Origin: Hydrurus foetidus
Taxonomy: Eukaryota
Assembly: GCA_900617105.1 (NCBI GenBank)
Contig: UYFQ01000416.1
Span: 1-64,000, forward strand
DNA length: 64,000 nt
Direction of reading: 5' to 3'
The notes under the pieces were generated by a model, which was given only the letters and a program-made list of their open reading frames with translations, made no database searches and had not been told where the DNA came from. A program made the position numbers and the translations under genes. Position 1 is the first letter of the stretch. Each line of letters begins with the position of its first letter. Below are positions 63,242 to 64,000 of this stretch, piece by piece.

Positions 63242-63913
63242 CTAAGTATTAGCTACACCTGCGGGTTGATCCGAATTCGCATCAGAATTCTGACAGTTAC
63301 CAATAGATTTCACCCATTTCGAGACTGTCGTGCATGCGAATAGAGAACCCTTATTTTGTCCGGATCGGATAGCTGCAAGTCTCCATGAGATAGGTGGTAG
63401 ACAGAGAAGAATCTTTGCGCCGATAACGATGATCGGAAATCCAATTATAATCCAAGTCACTGTAGGTCGAAAGAGATGCTTGGAATAAGATTGATTCCAT
63501 GCAGTTTCGTTGCCATGATTAAAAGTAGTCATTGCCACAATAGGAGTGATCGGTATATGTTGCAATGGCAGAGAAAAATTAACATGAAAGGAAAAGTCAA
63601 AGCAAAAGAAGAATTCTGCTTGAATGCACGTACGTGTTGGTACTCCCCCGATCCATTTTGAAAGTTGCAACTCAGGGTTGAGGGGACTGAAGTTTTCGCA
63701 AGCTAGGCCGCGATCATTGCACAAGCTATTCACAAGTAGAAGGAAGGTGTGAATGCCTGCCATGGCTAGGCCGAGATACCCAAGCACTGATTGAATGAAT
63801 GTCCACTCACTCCAACTCAGTTTTTGGGCGACCGAGGGTAGAGAGCACAGACCAAGAATGAGATAAAGAGAAAAGGAAAATATTCCCATTATCATGGAGC
63901 CTTCTCCCCATCT
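63242..63913 (-). CDS. STEAP-like ferric/cupric reductase transmembrane domain, 3' part (gene continues beyond the window)
   Basis: MGIFSFSLYLILGLCSLPSVAQKLSWSEWTFIQSVLGYLGLAMAGIHT with the heme-ligand His, and C-terminal KILLCLPPISWRLAAIRSG; both resemble the STEAP family. Probable intron at ~63540-63640. Confidence 0.75.
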   Translation of the reverse strand, partial: RWGEGSMIMGIFSFSLYLILGLCSLPSVAQKLSWSEWTFIQSVLGYLGLAMAGIHTFLLLVNSLCNDRGLACENFSPLNPELQLSKWIGGVPTRTCIQAEFFFCFDFSFHVNFSLPLQHIPITPIVAMTTFNHGNETAWNQSYSKHLFRPTVTWIIIGFPIIVIGAKILLCLPPISWRLAAIRSGQNKGSLFACTTVSKWVKSIGNCQNSDANSDQPAGVANT

Positions 63914-64000
63914 GTATGAATAGAATAGAGAAGAATAGAAAAAAAATGTCATTGAGGCGAAGTAAGTCGATTTGATACGTCGACGTTCATGAACACAGAA

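Overview
Eukaryotic nuclear DNA with GT-AG introns. It is probably from a plastid-bearing stramenopile (ochrophyte, possibly a chrysophyte), inferred from bipartite signal/transit-like N-termini and the retrotransposon types; the taxon is not proven. Positions ~1-17.4 kb are a nested LTR-retrotransposon island. A decayed minus-strand Ty1/Copia element carries two Ty3/Gypsy insertions. One is a complete, very young chromovirus (6593-12771, 273-bp LTRs identical by eye, 4-bp TSD TCAC). The other is an unusual Gypsy element running off the left edge: RT catalytic motif IFDN instead of YxDD, a CCCH finger in Gag, and gag and pol separated by one in-frame UAG followed by a stem-loop. A second, truncated Copia sits head-to-head with the first. 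Positions ~19-64 kb are gene-dense: a putative plastid protein with SAP/LEM-like repeats, NOP16, an organelle-targeted TadA, a large LRR gene, EB1, a large GAF/coiled-coil gene, a TKL kinase-PH-SAM-PX gene, a cytochrome b5 reductase-like gene, a SAP30-like/SGF29 Tudor fusion, STIMATE/TMEM110, a MORN protein and the 3' part of a STEAP-like metalloreductase. All calls come from reading motifs by eye; no database searches were run.
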